From NCBI RefSeq assembly GCF_009914755.1, contig NC_060929.1: 64,000 nucleotides of DNA; one strand, written 5' to 3'. Within the stretch, counting starts at the first letter, position 1, and every line of letters begins with the position of its first letter. This document shows positions 38,731 to 56,447 of this stretch, in pieces. This DNA is from the human T2T-CHM13v2.0 reference genome, Homo sapiens. The notes below the pieces were generated by a model. That model ran no database searches, had not been told where the DNA came from, and saw only the letters and a list, made by a program, of their open reading frames with translations. The translations under genes and the position numbers were made by a program.

Positions 38731-39808
38731 ATTCTCTTTCATTTAGAAAACTTTCCTTGTCTAATTATCCTTGGCTGTCAATTAAAAGTGAGGTACTTCA
38801 GAACAAAGGTCTCTGAGAAAATTTAAAAAAAAATTTTTTAATGAGGTACTAAAAAGCAAATTGTGCATGGATAATTTGTCACCAGGTAGTCTTCACTGTA
38901 GTAAATAGTAATCTGGGCTTTTCTTTGGGAAATGCCCAAATGTCAGCAGTTGCAGTTCTTTTCTCTGGTACCACATAGTTTCCTCAGAGAATGCTCTATG
39001 AGCTTTGACTGTGTGTGTGCAGGGTGTGGTGGGGGAGAGGTAGGTTATAAACCTAGATACTGATTTAAAGAGAACAAGAGAGGGGAAGAGGGATGACACA
39101 CCTGGAGTAAATATACAGACTTTCACATAATTTTTTCCTTATTTGACACTGTGCCTACTTTCTCTGAGTTTGGGCCTTCTTTGGTTCAATTTATCCAGAA
39201 AATAAAATTTCCATCTTCTGTGGGATGGAAAGAGTTATCTGGCTTCATAGAGTGGGATAGAGATCCTGGACACCCAACAACTCTGAACACAGACTTTAAT
39301 GAATCTCACATCTCTAACCCTACACCTTCCCACCTTCCCTGGAATCTTCTGCTTGCAAAAATTTTGCATCTTACAAGGCTCTGTCAAGTGGGTTTGTCTC
39401 TCTTTGGTATAACTACTTGCAGACATTTAGCATGTAACTTTTTCTGATCTATGAATTCATTTATCATTTCTCTGTTTTGGCCTTCAGATAATGGGTTGAC
39501 ATCTCTCATCCACTGTTGTCTCATTTCCTATTCTCTTTGTCCTTAGAAGTTAACATCTTTTAAAAATCCTTTCTGTTGTTTTATTTAGCAGCCTCTTAGG
39601 TAAAGCAGAAAGGATGAGAACAATCTGCAATTTGAAAATAGAAAACTTCATTAGGATTTTTAAATCCTTCATGTCATATTTGAGGAATTTTTTTCTATGT
39701 TTTGATTTCACTTTCAGGAAAGGGAACGGGGGAAAAGGGTTTTGTTTTGGTTTGTCTTGCTCTGCTGCCCAGGCCAGAATGCAGTGGCACAATCATGGCT
39801 CACTGTAA

Positions 39809-40075
<267 letters not shown>

Positions 40076-40639
40076 TAATATAAATTAGAAATTTGCCTTC
40101 GAAGCATCCTGTAGTCTAAAAATAAACACTGAATGGCAAATGAAACAGATATTTGGAAATGGTTTAGCCATTAGATGTAGACCTTAAGACAAAGGGAGCC
40201 CATTATATGTGTAATAAATATAAGCAAGTCCAAGGCATTCCAAGTCTAGTGACATGGCATATAGTCTGCATTACTATTTCATTATGGAGAGAGCCTAAAA
40301 CATATAATTAAGGTTATTTACTGTAAAGGTGTTATCTGAGTGAGATTTAAAAAATATTTTATATATTTTATCTTTCATTGCAAATAAATGGATTAAGTTC
40401 TACATTGCTATTTTATCTTCTTTTGCTGTATGAACAGCCATGCTAGGCTATTTTTGCCTCCATAAAAAGCATTTCACTGCATTCCAGACTGGGTGACAGA
40501 GCAAGACAAAACAAAACCTTTTTCCCCCCTTCCCTTTTCTGAGAATGAAATCAAAATATATGGATCCCACTGGGCTACAGTTCATGATGCACACATATTG
40601 CCAGTCTTTAAGCACTGTTTCTGTGAGTGGAAAAATGCA

Positions 40640-41430
40640 CTCAAGATGTTTTGCGTCTGCTCACACCACAACAATCAACACAGCAGACTTCTGTGACCAA
40701 ATGGGTCGGGGTTTCTCCCCACACACCAAGCAAGCAATCAGTTCTACAGCAGACACCAGCTGGGTGTTTTCCAATCCAATTCCAACACTATCTACCTGGA
40801 GAAAGCATCAGATTCCACAGGGTAAGTGCTCAGTATCCAAGACTGCACCCCACCCCACTCCCACCTCAGACACTAGTCGTTAAGTCCGGGGCTCCAGAAC
40901 TTCTAACAGACCAGCTTCATGTTGAGGTTGCTATGGCCCCTCTTTGGGTTTAATTCACTAGAGCTGCTCACAGGACTCAGGGAAACACGTTTACTGGTTT
41001 ACTATAAAAAATATTACAAAAGGATACAGATGAAACGATGCATAAGGTGAGACATAGGGAAAGAAGCACAGAAATTCCATGCCTTCCCCAGGGCTCCATC
41101 CTCCAAGAACCTCCATGTGTTTAGCTATCAGATAGCTCGCTGAACCCAGGGTTTTTATGGAAGCTTCATTACATAGGACTGGTTGATTGAATCATTTGCC
41201 AGTGGTGATCAGCTTAACCTTCAGCCCCTCTCCCCTTCTCTAGAGGTTGATCCTAATCCTGCCTTGGTCTTTCTGGCCACCAGACCCCATCCTAAGGCTA
41301 CCTAGGGACTGCCAGCCTTCAAGTCAATCATTAGCATAGAAAAAAACATCACTTTGGAGTTTCTAAGGATTTTAGCAGCTGTATACCAGGAAATGAGTCA
41401 AAGACCAAATACATATTTCACAATATCACA
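40640..41430 (-). mobile_element. MER21-family LTR
   Basis: Ends ...AGACCAAATACATATTTCACAATATCACA; similar to 3016-3520. Confidence 0.75.
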
Positions 41431-41786
41431 CTTTTCTTCACTTTGTCTCTCGGATCAAGAACACACAGAAATAACAATTGCTCCCAACTGATACCAACAC
41501 CCAATATTATATCTTTTTTTTTCTAAACACTTGTACCAGGGGACTAATATTAGATCTTGAATTTAAGAGTTGAAGGCTCTCCATGTACTAATTCCATCTA
41601 CTCTTCTAATGAACTCTGCTTATTTTTTCAAATGACATTTATGTACAAGCATTACTTATATACTTATGTAAAATAAATCACTCCCAAAACTTAGTGGCAT
41701 TAAAAAGCAATAAACATTTGTTATATCCCATAGTTTCTGTGTGTCCAAAATTCCAGAGCGGTTTCTCTCCATGTGCAGACCTGATT

Positions 41787-42590
41787 TCTTTTTTTTTTTA
41801 TATACTTTAAGTTCTAGGGTACATGTGCACAACGTGCAGGTTTGTTACATATGTATGGATGTGCCATGTTGGTGTGCTGCACCCATTAACTCATCATTTA
41901 CATTAGGTATATCTCCTAATGCTATCCCTCCCTCCTCCCCCCACCCCACAACAGGCCCTGGTGTGTGATGTTCCCCTTCCTGTGTCCAGGTGTTCTCATT
42001 GTTCAATTCCCACTTATGAGAGAATATGTGGTGTTTGGTTTTTTGTCCTCGTGATAGTTTGCTGAGAATGATGGTTTCCAGCTTCATTCATGTCCCTACA
42101 AAGGACATGAACTCATCCTTTCTTATGGCTGCATAGTATTCCATGGTGTATATGTGTGCCACATTTTCTTAATCCAGTCTATCATTGATGGGTTGGTTCC
42201 AAGTCTTTGCTATTGTGAATAGTGCTGCAATAAACATATGTGTGCATGTGTCTTTACAGCAGCACGATTTATAATCCTTTGGGTATATACCCAGTAATGG
42301 GATGGCTGGGTCAAATGGTATTTCTAGTTCTAGATCCTTGAGGAATAGCCACACTGTCTTCCACAATGGTTGAACTAGTTCAGAGTCCCACCAACAGTGT
42401 AAAAGTGTTCCTATTTCTCCAAATCCTCTCCAGCACCTGTTGCTTCCTGACTTTTTAATGATCGCCATTCTAACTGGTGTGAGATGGTATCTCATTATGG
42501 TTTTGATTTGCATTTCTCTGATGGCCAGTGATGATGAGTATTTTTTCATGTGTCTGTTGGCTGCATAAATGTCTTCTTTTGAGAAATGTG
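41787..42590 (-). mobile_element. 5'-truncated L1PA
   Basis: L1 ORF2 C-terminus ([23 protein letters not shown]) and 3'UTR; TSD GT(G/A)CAGACCTGATTTC. Confidence 0.92.
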
Positions 42591-42669
42591 TACAGACCTG
42601 ATTTCAAAGCCACTCTCACACTTTATATTTTTATGGCAGCACCTCACTTCTAGGTAGGTAGCAAAAATT

Positions 42670-43205
42670 TGTACTGGTTATCTGCTGCTGCATCAGAAAT
42701 TACTCCAAAATGAAGTGAAATAAATGAGCTACAAACATTTATATGTCATATAGTTTCTGTGGATCAGGAATTTAGGAGCAGCTTAGCTGGGTATTTCTCA
42801 CTTAGGGGTCTCTCATGAGGTTTCTGTCAAGATGTCAGTTACAGTTTCAGTCATCTGAAGCCTTGACCAGGGGCTGGAAAATCTGATTCAAAGATGGATC
42901 ACTCACATGACTGGCAAGTTCTGCTGGCTGTTCACAAGAAGGCCTCAGTTTGTCACCACTTGGACCTCTCTAAAGAGTGTCCCCACAATATTGTGGCTGA
43001 TTTCCCTTGGCGTGAGCGATCCAAGAGAGAGGAAGCAAAAGTCACATGTCTTTTATGACCTTGCCTTGCAAGTCACAAATCATTATTTCTGCAATAGCTT
43101 ATCATTTACTCAGGACATTCCCATTCAATGTAGAAGGGGACTATACAAGATTAATACCAGGAGGTAAGAATCAATGGGAGCCATCTTGGAGGCTAGCTAT
43201 CACAG
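42670..43205 (-). mobile_element. MLT1-family MaLR LTR
   Basis: Typical MLT1 phrases AGTTTCTGTGGATCAGGAATTTAGGAGCAGCTTAGCTGGG. Confidence 0.7.
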
Positions 43206-43520
43206 TACCTGTGAGAAAAAAAAAAATCTAAGAAAAGATTGTAGAGAGAATGTGGGAGATAATTTCCATGGAAGGGTCACTCTCAGGCTTCAGGTTAATA
43301 GGAAGGGTGGGCATTGAGTTCAGGACATGTAGGAAATGGAAGTAAATCCAGGAAATGTAGCTCTCGCCTAGAAAAGAATATCCCAGTGATAAGGATACCC
43401 ATGAAAAATTACTTTTTCTGCTTAGGAGTATGTTTTATTTATAAGAAAAAATGTTAGGATTGTATAAAAATATATCATAAATATTGATAGGGGGCATGAG
43501 AGTTTTGATGGGGCCAAGTG

Positions 43521-43629
43521 AATAAATTCATGAAGAGAAGAGCAGGAAATAAGCAAGAAAGGAGAAATGTTTTACTGGGTAAGTGCTCCTTTCTTGCTTA
43601 TTTCTTGCTCTCCTCTTGATGCGTTTATT
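43521..43629. repeat. 44-bp imperfect inverted repeat, 21-nt loop
   Basis: 43521-43564 versus 43586-43629, 5 mismatches by eye. Confidence 0.85.
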
Positions 43630-43713
43630 GTCTGGTACTGACTTGGAATGCATGCACTTGGAAAGTCAATACTGGACTATAATTGTTTTATTTTCAATTT
43701 TATCTCATGTTAG

Positions 43714-43756
43714 TACAGTACCTTACTTTGTATTCTGAATTTAGCTGCTCATTTAT
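43714..43756 (+). promoter_or_regulatory. Decayed CSE remnant
   Basis: TACAGT at 43714, TATTCTGAATTTAGCTGCTCATTTA with box (AGCT) at 43743; 29 bp spacing; 240 bp upstream of relic ATG. Confidence 0.4.
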
Positions 43757-43982
43757 GAAGGAGAGAAAAGAGAGACATCTAACCTTTCCCCTTTTGCTCT
43801 TCTATAAGGAGATACAATATAGAAACTGCATATGGCAACAGAAAGAACAGGATTTTTAAAAATGAATATGCTACATTAACCATTTGCCTGCTATTAATGG
43901 GAGTCAATGTACTAGCTACTATAAGAAAAAGAAACTGAAGCACAGATGTTAGAGAAATTTGAGGAATTAGAAGTACTAGAAA

Positions 43983-45530
<1,548 letters not shown>

Positions 45531-46139
45531 ATAGGCAATCTTAAGCAATTAAAACCATTTCCCTGATTCCAACTAACCAGAATGATGCTGCTTCTGTTTT
45601 TAAGCACATATCCTCCAGAACACATATATTAGAAAATAGTAGCAAAGAACCTTCCAACTTTTTAATGAAGACCACTGCACTTGACATAGCACCTGACATG
45701 ATGAAACATCTAAATCACATGCTTCTTAAGAATTAGATTGAATGGCCAGATAGGGTTACCAGAGAAAATAAGGGTTGAGTTGGGCCTTCAGTGACAAAAA
45801 GCTATCCATGAGAATATCTGGTGACTATTCCAAGAAAAGAGAACTGTAAGTGCTAAACTGTAGGAGGAAAGAGCTGAGTAAATTTGTTTATGCTGCAGAT
45901 AAATTTGAAGCAAACCGTTTCTGCTGTAACCTAATTTATAAGCTTTCATTTAGAATTTTTTTTCCCATCTGAATTTGGTTGAAACTGATCTCTAAAATTT
46001 CTTAAATTTGAAAACAATTACATTTAGAATAGTTGTTTCCCTATAAACACTTTTTCTAACATTTCAGTCACTCTTTAATTATTTAGTATCTGTTATGGTC
46101 CATACCTTAATGGGTTGTAATAGTGGTAAATTTACTTCT

Positions 46140-49165
<3,026 letters not shown>

Positions 49166-49812
49166 CTTTAAATATTTTCAAACCCAAGCTTCTCATAAAC
49201 CAACCTGTCAAACAAATTGCATACAACTCTGCCTCTTTTATCAGTAACTGATTTTTCAAAAATAGCTTATGTTGTGAGGCATTAGATTATCTTTAGAGCA
49301 TGAGAAATTTGGTACCAACTTCCTTTATGAGCAATTTTGATGAAATGACATTGATAAATGACCTCAGTTCTCAGAATATTAATTATAGGAACTCAACTGA
49401 AGAAAATTAGAAATATTAATCCAAACCAATGGAATGGTTCATTGGACTGCACTTGATAACCACTGCTTTGTTTCCAACATTTTATGCAGGTAGATTTAGC
49501 GCTTTTTAAAAAAGGCACAAAGGCCTTCATCTACAAAAATTAGGGTACTTTAAGAAAGCTCTGTATCTAATGTTTCCCAGCTTTCAAGTAGATCAAATAG
49601 AATTGAAATCTTAATATGATGCAAACATGACCATTCCCAATTTCTTTACCCCTGCTGTGTTCCTTTTTTTCATAAACCCTACTGCCTCTACCTGCAGAAC
49701 GGGATCAAATTGCTTAGTCACTAAACTCCACCATAAAACCACCTCACAAGAGGACCTGACTCCCACCAACCATGAAAGAACAAGATACACTATAAAGTGA
49801 AAAACAGATGCT

Positions 49813-49822
49813 TTTATTTATT
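49813..49822 (-). terminator. Likely TAF7 polyadenylation signal (two overlapping AATAAA)
   Basis: TTTATTTATT on plus strand, ~480 nt past the stop codon. Confidence 0.7.
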
Positions 49823-50297
49823 GTATTGGAAACAACTTAATAATTTGCATCTCTACATATAGAAAGCTGCTTTGAATAACTGGGAAAACAACTATTGCAT
49901 GGGAAAACATATGCAAACTAGCATCATTGTCTCTAGACTAGGTTCTTCTTATTGATCTCACGTCATCACAAAGCAGCAACAGCAGCTTCTAGAAAATGGA
50001 GAAACAGTAAAGTCCTGCAATGAAGCTATAATTAAGGTTGAACCATACATTCCGCTAATCCTGCAACTTTCCTACAATCATTTTTCTGCCTATACAATCC
50101 TGCTTCTTATAGGATGAACACCTAGCAAAACAATACAAATTTGCTGAAAAACAAAATTACAAACAAATGAAAGAACTTAACAGAACACACAGCATTAAAA
50201 GGACTAGGAAGAGCAAGGTCTTAATACCCAGTACAATAAAGCCAAGAATTTTCTAATGCTGACCAGTCTGAAGACTGAAATTAAATATCAGTTCTTT

Positions 50298-51347
50298 TTA
50301 CTTCTCTAGGAGTGATTCTAGCTCCTCTTGCAAAGAGCTGAGTTGCTCCTTTTCTCGGTCTTCCTTTTGTTTGAGCTCATCCAGTACAGCCTGAAATCTG
50401 TTCTTGAGAGCCAGATTTTCCACTTTCATGATGAGATCCTCTTGTCGTTTTGCCCTGTCCTGGGTCTCTTGGAGCTTGCCTTTCATGTTGTCAATCTGCT
50501 TCTGAATTCCCATAACCAGCTGATTGGTTCCTTCATTTTCCTGGTGCTGTTCATCTGATTCATTTAGCTTGTCCTGTAGCTGTCTCTCCAGATCTTCCTC
50601 CGTGTCAATGATGTTTATATCTTCTTCATCTTGATGCTGGGTCTCATCTTCATCCTCACTGCTGCTGCTGAGGTCATTGAATATCTCCCGAAGCTCATCA
50701 TGTTCTAATGAGTCATGGCCCTGCCTGTGACCAGACATTCCTGGAGAAGAGATATCCAGGCCTTGATTTTCTGCCTCCTTTGTTTCATCTTCGGCAATTA
50801 TTTCCCACCGAGTACTAACAGCTTCAGCATCTGTACTCAGCAATCGTTTCACTTCTTTTTCAACATCTGGAGATTCAATATATTTCTTCTTTGCTGTCTT
50901 CCGGAACCTTCTCTTCCTGACATTCTTTAGAGGCAGAGTAATTCCGTGGTTCCAGATAAACTTTTTCTCTTTGTCCTTATCCTTTTTCTTGCTTGCTTTA
51001 GGATCAGTGCTAGCAACTGGCTCCTCCACAGGAGGATAGAGATCACCATCAACTGTGGATACAAGCATCTGACAGATATCAGCTGTCTTGTAAAAAGTTT
51101 TTTTATCAATGGTTTTCAAGCTTTCCATAACACAGGGCAGGTCTACTAATTTTGAGGCCAATGGAACACGGTCCACTCTGACGATTCCATGACGCCCATC
51201 AGGATGTAACTCAATTGTCAGTCTGTCCTTGAGGTTGACATGACCAGACTGTACTGCCCTTCTCACAGTAGAGGCATATTCTGGAGGCAGACGTAAGATA
51301 AACTGGCTCTCCAGTTCGTGAGGAGCATCATCTTTGCTTTTACTCAT
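50298..51347 (-). CDS. TAF7: TFIID subunit 7 (TAFII55), 349 aa, intronless CDS
   Basis: ATG at 51347-51345 gives MSKSKDDAPHELESQFILRLP...; TAFII55 N-terminal domain, basic NLS KNVRKRRFRK, acidic stretch, C-terminal coiled coil; ORF-track start at 51368 is a GTG. Confidence 0.98.
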   Translation of the reverse strand: MSKSKDDAPHELESQFILRLPPEYASTVRRAVQSGHVNLKDRLTIELHPDGRHGIVRVDRVPLASKLVDLPCVMESLKTIDKKTFYKTADICQMLVSTVDGDLYPPVEEPVASTDPKASKKKDKDKEKKFIWNHGITLPLKNVRKRRFRKTAKKKYIESPDVEKEVKRLLSTDAEAVSTRWEIIAEDETKEAENQGLDISSPGMSGHRQGHDSLEHDELREIFNDLSSSSEDEDETQHQDEEDINIIDTEEDLERQLQDKLNESDEQHQENEGTNQLVMGIQKQIDNMKGKLQETQDRAKRQEDLIMKVENLALKNRFQAVLDELKQKEDREKEQLSSLQEELESLLEK

Positions 51348-51605
51348 CTTTATTTCCTTGTGATTCACTTCTCCAATAAATGCTGGTTACACTAAAAAGT
51401 TCCAGCTACTGCAATAGTTTAAAACACCAGTTTGCTATGAATTGAAATCTTTTAATTACAAGAAGTTCTCTGTAGATCAGCAGCTAAGCGTCTATTTTGC
51501 CTTAGTTTTTATTTAAGCTCCAAGTCTTTTCTCTAAATATGCTGTGACCGAATACCAGTCGTTAACACAAAGGCTGATTCACAGACTTAAGTTCATTAAA
51601 TCAGA

Positions 51606-51649
51606 TGCAATGCCAAGTCCCAACCTCTAGGTGCCGCTGCCGGACAACG
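51606..51649 (+). promoter_or_regulatory. CSE/CTCF-like element inside the TAF7 5' leader
   Basis: TGCAAT at 51606, then ACCTCTAGGTGCCGCTGCCGGACAACG; CGCT at 51635 is 29 bp from TGCA versus 28 bp in PCDHGA1. Confidence 0.72.
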
Positions 51650-52445
51650 CGGAGAGAGCTAGCTAGCTAGCTAGGGAACAGGAAAGCAAATGGCGGCTCC
51701 CCCGGAACGGTTTTCGGCCCAGAAAGCCCAGCAGAGATACTTTCAACTCACAAACTCTCCCGGAACAAAGACACTCAAAAAATCAGGGCTCAGCGAGCTC
51801 TCTTCGCCTCGGGTACTTACAATCCAGTGACGATTATAAGTTCAGTTTCACCGGGCCGGAGCGAAGGGAAGAGGAGGCCGCAAGGAGCCAAGCGGGAGAG
51901 AGCCGAGCGTCTCCTTGTCGTTTCCTTAATTCTTCCTGCCGCTTGGCAGAGTGATCCACTACCGATTACTGATGAAAGGGCCCGGGATGGGCAGCGCGAA
52001 ATCTTGCCGAGAGGCGCAGCTCGCATCACCAGACCCCGCACCTCGCCGGCCCTCCGTCCGGGTCGCCTACCCAGCAAAAACGGAAGTGCTACGTCGCGAC
52101 GCGGGGCGGGAGGCGGCTGTGAGTGACAGCCCCTCCGGGCGGAAGGGCGGAGCCCCAGCTAGCGCAGGCGCAATAGCGCAATTACGCTGCCCAGCGTGAA
52201 ACTCATCTTTTCGCGAGAACTTGTTTTTCCGGGATGGAAATGACAGTGTTTCGGAAGAGCTGTTGGTTTCAAACTATTTAGAGCTTGGAAGTTCCAAGAA
52301 AGACACAGATTCGTCCCCCGCTAAGCCAGCACTTTTACGGGATCGCTGTGGGGCCGGATGGCTTCTAGACTTCCGGGTGATTCCGGGAGATGGGGGACGC
52401 CTTGCAGTAAGCGTCTTTGCTTCTGGAAACATCTCGGATGTTCCC
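51630..52445. promoter_or_regulatory. TAF7 CpG-island promoter
   Basis: CpG-dense; ETS CGGAAGTG at 52081, GC boxes ~52103 and ~52145, CGCG-element-like TTTCGCGAGA 52209-52218, YY1-like AAATGGCGGC ~51688. Confidence 0.85.
51890..52290 (+). pseudogene. Relic gamma-B-type exon D (signal plus EC1) underlying the TAF7 promoter CpG island
   Basis: Hydrophobic LLVVSLILPAAW, then with frameshifts IHY(S)ITDERARDGQR(G)NLAE (cf. IRYSIPEELAKGSVVGNLAK), VRV..DA.., RDGNDSV..NYLEL; IHY-to-DxND distance 279 nt versus 282 nt in PCDHGA1; CSE upstream. Confidence 0.6.
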
Positions 52446-54252
52446 TAGAGTCTAGCCTATCTGGTGCCAATACAAGAATGTGTAGCTACTATACAATGGA
52501 TTTCAAAGTACCCAAATCAATGGAGTGAGGAGGACATGCAGCTTACTATATAAGTCTCTCTCTATATATATGTTTGTTTGTTTGTTTTGGAGATGGAGTC
52601 TCAGGCTGTCACCCAGGCTAGAGTGCAGTGGCACAATATTGGCTGACTGCAACCTCCACCTCTGGGGTTCAAGCGATTCTCCTGCTTCAGCCTCTTAAGT
52701 AGTTGGGATTACAGGCACGTTCCACTACCCCACCTAAGTTTTGTATTTTTAGTAGAGAAGGGGTTTCACCATGTTGGCCAGGCTGGTCTCGAACTCCTGA
52801 CCTGAGGTGATCTGCCTGTCTTGGCCTCCCAAAGTACTAGGATTATAGGTGTGAGCCAGCGCGCATGGCCCAAAGTCTGTATTTTTAAATATAATTCCCT
52901 GTAGGGGAATTGTGCCTCTGGTTTTACTTGTGTTCTATAATACTTCTGGGGAAACAAGGGTGATTCCTTTTTATGTGCTTGATTTAGATGTAAATGTAAA
53001 CAGAGAAGGAAGTGTTCTTTTGGACAGAATTGTCTGATAGACTGAGCATCTGGTTAAAGTAGATATAATTGAAGTATTGTTTCCTGTCTCTCATGTACAA
53101 GTAATTTTAAATTACTTTGACATTTTTTTTAACTCCACCTCTACTATTTTGCTGTTTTCTGCTTGTCTTTTCTATCAATAGTCAGGTATTCATCAACACA
53201 TATTTTTAGTATTTTAACATAACTGGGTAACAGTTGGTACTTATTTCTATTTATTTCCATTTATTTTTAAAATATCTGGGAGAGCATCAAGGCCATTAAT
53301 ATTTCATTTCTATCCTCTAAAATATTAACAATTGCCCCTAAATTTAAGAGAATTCTCTTAAGATGTAATTAACATTTCCAAAATTCACTTTATTCTTGTA
53401 TGATTGAAAGCTCCATGATAGTGATCTTCTTCTATCCTGGTCATTGTGTCCCAGTGCCTAGTACCGGAATGTGGGAGATACACAAAAAATATTTGCTAAT
53501 TGAATGAAAAAACTTATCTGTCTAGAAAGATCATAGTCTCAAATCCTGTAGTGATTTCTGAGAGAAAATACATTCTTTGTCATTTTAAAATGAGATAGAG
53601 CCACTTTACATACATTTCCTTTCTAGTCAAGGACAATTCTAATTGTTATGAGGTGGGGAGGTTTACTAATAGTGTGTGTGAATGTGGTTTAGCTAGAATG
53701 AGATACTGTTGTGGGAGGAAATTAAAATGACCTGACGTTAGTTTGGTTTTTAATGTTAATTTTAAAAGAGAAAGTATGCCCTTCCAGATAACGGTAAATT
53801 ATTTCTCTTTGCTTATAATGTGTTGAAGAATGTTAGCTGACTTACTTGTAATTTCCAGAATGATCTATTTCCTCTTTTTCAAAGATGAAGTTTTTTCTGT
53901 TACAGGCTTGAGCCACCTCGCCTGGCTGTGTTTTGTTTAACCATATACAATGTGAGGTCATTATACATGAAAATAATCCAAATATTACTCAGCATCTTCC
54001 CTATGAGTTTTATGATGCTCAAATATTCTTATCATAGAAGGTAACTTGAGATAAATTGTATGCAATTTTTCATTTTCCAAAATTACTGTGTATTTTAGTT
54101 TCTAAACCTTTCTTTACATGGAATATTGCCAGACATAATTAAAAGGATTAACTGAGGTTTTCTTAATGTATCTAGCTCCTTCAGTCCTGAAATACATTTT
54201 CTGCTTTTGAGTTTAACACATTTTCTATATGCTGTTTTAGGGGAGGAAATTA

Positions 54253-55015
<763 letters not shown>

Positions 55016-55597
55016 CCAGTTTTTTTTTTAAAAAAAGTTCCATTAGACATTCAGAAAAACTCTGAATTGATGAATTACACTCCTGTGGTTGTTCCATGGA
55101 ATATCTGTGATACCAGTGAACAAAAGATTTGGGGAGAGCAATAAATTCCCCAGTGTGGTAACAAGTCCTCCAAAGGCTTCCTGTCTGTGATTAAGGAGTG
55201 TGGCAATCAGGTTACTAATAATCGTGTATGTTTGAAAATTCCCTTTAATACACTTTCTAGTTCTTTAAAGGGCTCCAAAATATAAGCTGCCCTTTAATAC
55301 ACTTTTTAGTTCCTTAAAGGGCTGCTTATACTTTGGAGGTTAAATTATGGGTGATGGGAGAAATCCTGCTTATATTTAGGAGGTAGAAAATTATAGGGGT
55401 GAGGAAATAGCAAATACCACAGAAAAGCCAGCTTACATATTGCTATATCACCATATATTTTAAAGATAAAAAGGTTAACTAAAAATATTTAGCAGTTCTT
55501 GTATCTAGTAGGATGTTTTCTATAGGAAAACATTAAAATCTAATTTATGCTGGTTTAAACAGTAAGAAAATCTATGATCCCAAAATACAGGTAGTCT

Positions 55598-55927
55598 AGC
55601 ACAGCTTTGTCCTATAGAAATATGATGTGGGCCACAGATGGTCAGCCACAGATGTGATTTTAGATTATCTAGTAGCCACATTCAAATAGCAAAAAGAAAC
55701 AAGTGAAATTTCAATAATTTTAATCCAATATATCTAAGATATAATTGCAACATATTTTTACAATAATGTAAAGATATTAATAATACGTTTTACATTCTTG
55801 TTTTGTACTAAATCTTCAACACCTAGTGTGTGTTTTACACTTACAGCACATCTCAGTTTAGACTAGCTGCACTTCAAGTGCTCAGTGGCCACGTGTGGCT
55901 GGTTGTTACTCTAGTGGACAGTGCAGG
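55598..55927. mobile_element. MER33/MER3-type hAT-Charlie DNA transposon
   Basis: TCTAGTAGCCACATT...CACTTCAAGTGCTCAGTGGCCACGTGTGGCTGG. Confidence 0.75.
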
Positions 55928-56249
55928 TCTAGAAGTTTCACTGCCTCTAGGCCAGATACAATCATGGTGTAGCACAAATTGTTTTTTCTTCCTAATTTTG
56001 AAGAATGAGCACTTATTTATACTTTTTCTGTTGTTTCAGCTCTGCTTTCCTCTCCTTGTGGAATTCTAAAGGCTGTAGTCACAAGATACCAGCCAGCAGC
56101 AATAACTGGAGAACTTTCTTCATTGTCCGTGACAAGAGAGTTACTCTCCCCAAACAGTCTATCTTTCAATCCAACTGGACCAACTTAGGCCATGTTCCTG
56201 TTCTTAGCTCAGTAATACTAGGGAAATACCCTAAGCCTGTGTTTCTGAA

Positions 56250-56447
56250 AATGGTTGGGGAGAGGTGAGGTGACATTTGGTAATGTCTGGAGACATTTAT
56301 GGTTGTCACAACTGTGGGGGGTGGGTCCTACTGGTATCTAGTATATAGAGACCAGGGATACTGCTAAACATTTTACAAGGCACAGAACAGCTCCCCACCA
56401 CAAAGAATTATATGGCTCAAAATAGTACCAGGGTTGAGAAGCCCTGC
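56250..56447. mobile_element. MER20 DNA transposon
   Basis: GACATTTGGTAATGTCTGGAGACATTT...GGTTGAGAAGCCCTGCT. Confidence 0.8.

Noticed and set aside
42169-42549. 126-aa ORF
   Set aside because: L1 ORF2 C-terminal fragment in a truncated L1PA
51348-51368. N-terminal extension MNHKEIK of TAF7 in the ORF track
   Set aside because: Starts at GTG; first ATG at 51347 gives the recognised N-terminus
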